From Candidatus Bathyarchaeota archaeon (GTDB taxonomy: Archaea; Thermoproteota; Bathyarchaeia; Bathyarchaeales; Bathycorpusculaceae), in the NCBI GenBank assembly GCA_963833575.1, contig CAWHXY010000008.1, positions 1-64,000 of the forward strand: a DNA stretch of 64,000 bases, given 5' to 3'. The notes beneath the pieces were generated by a model. That model ran no database searches and was not told the origin of the DNA. It saw only the letters and a program-made list of their open reading frames with translations. A program made the translations under genes and the position numbers. Position 1 is the first letter of the stretch. Each line of letters starts with the position of its first letter. Positions 62,531-64,000 of this stretch are shown here, piece after piece.

Positions 62531-62879
62531 TTATGCGTTCACTCTTAAGCATTATTCTGGGAGTGTGATATGTAGGAAGACTTACGATTTAATAAATATA
62601 GTGGATCAACTGAACAACACAAATAACTTGAACAACACAAATTCACATTTCAAAGTATTAGATGATTTTTAAAAATCATTCTCAGCTAATTTGAACCTGC
62701 CTTTTATTCGTATGCTGAATCTTATAATGCAAGCTATGTTTGGGGTACCGGCGGGGAAAGATTTTGTAGTTGTCTGTCCAAGCTGAAGGAATGTGCTTTC
62801 TATATTTCACGTCAGGGTCATTGGACGAACTAGAATGCTTGTGTGCAGCTGAAAATGGAGCAAAAGAACGATTGCCCGT

Positions 62880-63095
62880 GCAATCCATCGCAAAAAGAGC
62901 AGAAGCATCGATGAAGTTGCAGACGTAGCAAACCTGAAGAGAAGAAACGTTTATGCGCTTCTACATCGTCTTCAGGAAAGAGGTATGGGCGGAAAAGAAA
63001 GTAATAAACAAACCGGCAGATCAGCATCCCCGTTAAACAACACAAAGAACATGTACAACAGCTCAATAGAAGACTTCTAGAAAACGAAACCTGCC
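62880..63095 (+). pseudogene. Degraded TrmB-family HTH regulator fragment
   Basis: + strand reads SIDEVADVANLKRRNVYALLHRLQERGM, then EKKVINKP in another frame; no start codon, early stops. Confidence 0.5.
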
Positions 63096-63236
63096 AGTGA
63101 TCCGCCAAGAAAGTAAGCCATTAGGCATAAAATGAAGCTTGTTTTTGCTTCGTTATTAGTCGTTTACAGTGATCTTAAGAAGCTGCAACTTCAAGAAAAT
63201 AAAGGGTATTGTGGTAGGTGTTGGACTACCATCTGA

Positions 63237-64000
63237 TCAATAGTTTGCGGTGTAAATCGCATTCGATGATGGGACTGTTATTGTGTGTGTTTGTGTTCCG
63301 TTGTCTGACCAGCTAGTGAAGGTGTATCCTGAAACGTTGTTTGCTGTTAGTGTGTATTTGCTCCCAACTTTGGCTTGAAACGTGTAAGCGGGATATAATT
63401 CTGCGGCACCATTTACTGATATGAAACTCGACCCTATTGGTGATGATGTGACTGTGACGACCACCACTGAAGGTTGAGTTTGAGTTGTGCCTGTTCCACT
63501 ATTGATAATGTTGATTGTGCAAACAGAAAATGCGTTGCCCCAAATATTATTACCAGAACATGTTGAATCCATGATAAATATTCCAATTGACGCTGTTGTA
63601 ATAGAGTTAAATTCAATAGTATTATATGATGATGCAGGGTCATTGTGGAGAGTTATTACGCCGTCATAATCATTAAGTTGACAATTTGTGAGTATGTTTC
63701 CGGAGATTATGCAATTGGTTGCGCCATTACTTGTGCTGCATTCAGCTAATTCAATTCCGTTTCCAACGTTGATTATTGTATTATTTGCGATTAAGTCGTT
63801 TGCGCCGGCTTCGACTGCGATGCCCCAGTAAGAGTTTCCGTAGCCATACATTGGGCATGATGTGCTGCTGCAGTCGTGAACGTAATTTCCAGTCATGGTT
63901 GTGTTTTCGCCTTGGGCATCTACTGCGACGTCGCTGCAGCCGTAGACTACGTTATTTATGAAGTAATCATTGGTTGATGTCGGGTCGTCTGATATGCCGT
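63237..64000 (-). CDS. Beta-helix protein, paralogue 3 (5' end outside the window)
   Basis: About 63690-64000 is nearly identical to paralogue 1; frame is open to the window edge. Confidence 0.85.
   Translation of the reverse strand, partial: GISDDPTSTNDYFINNVVYGCSDVAVDAQGENTTMTGNYVHDCSSTSCPMYGYGNSYWGIAVEAGANDLIANNTIINVGNGIELAECSTSNGATNCIISGNILTNCQLNDYDGVITLHNDPASSYNTIEFNSITTASIGIFIMDSTCSGNNIWGNAFSVCTINIINSGTGTTQTQPSVVVVTVTSSPIGSSFISVNGAAELYPAYTFQAKVGSKYTLTANNVSGYTFTSWSDNGTQTHTITVPSSNAIYTANY

Noticed and set aside
61827-62552. His/Gln-rich and Val/Gly-rich ORFs
   Set aside because: Alternate frames of the 24-bp Pro/Thr linker repeat
53693-64000. Diversity-generating retroelement behind the variable paralogues
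   Set aside because: No reverse transcriptase and no template/variable pair with adenine-specific differences; variation is block-wise

Overview
Archaeal DNA, most consistent with Bathyarchaeia (inference from TATA/BRE-type promoters, PEF-CTERM sorting signals, DUF1616/DUF2206-like genes and the surface-protein repertoire). There are no rRNA, tRNA, CRISPR, integrase, transposase or reverse transcriptase genes that I can recognise. From left to right: (1) 1-14 kb, secreted and surface proteins (two polysaccharide-deacetylase/PKD paralogues, one fused to a sedolisin protease and lectin-like repeats; a beta-propeller; a collagen-like protein) plus a NiCoT nickel permease; (2) a glucosylglycerate gene set (gpgS-gpgP on +, ggs and glycerate kinase on -) whose two convergent halves are separated by (3) an 11.6-kb accessory region (16.3-27.8 kb) in which about 13 same-orientation copies of a degenerate, apparently structured, ~85-95 bp intergenic element alternate with 1-3 small unrelated genes, an integron-like cassette layout without canonical attC sites or a recombinase in the window (the main candidate novel system); (4) 32-57 kb, a glycosylation cluster (GT2/GT4, DegT, WbqC, PIG-L, methyltransferases) with Ig-repeat surface proteins; (5) 53-64 kb, mosaic beta-helix paralogues and a repeat membrane protein. 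All family calls are motif recognition by eye, not database hits.
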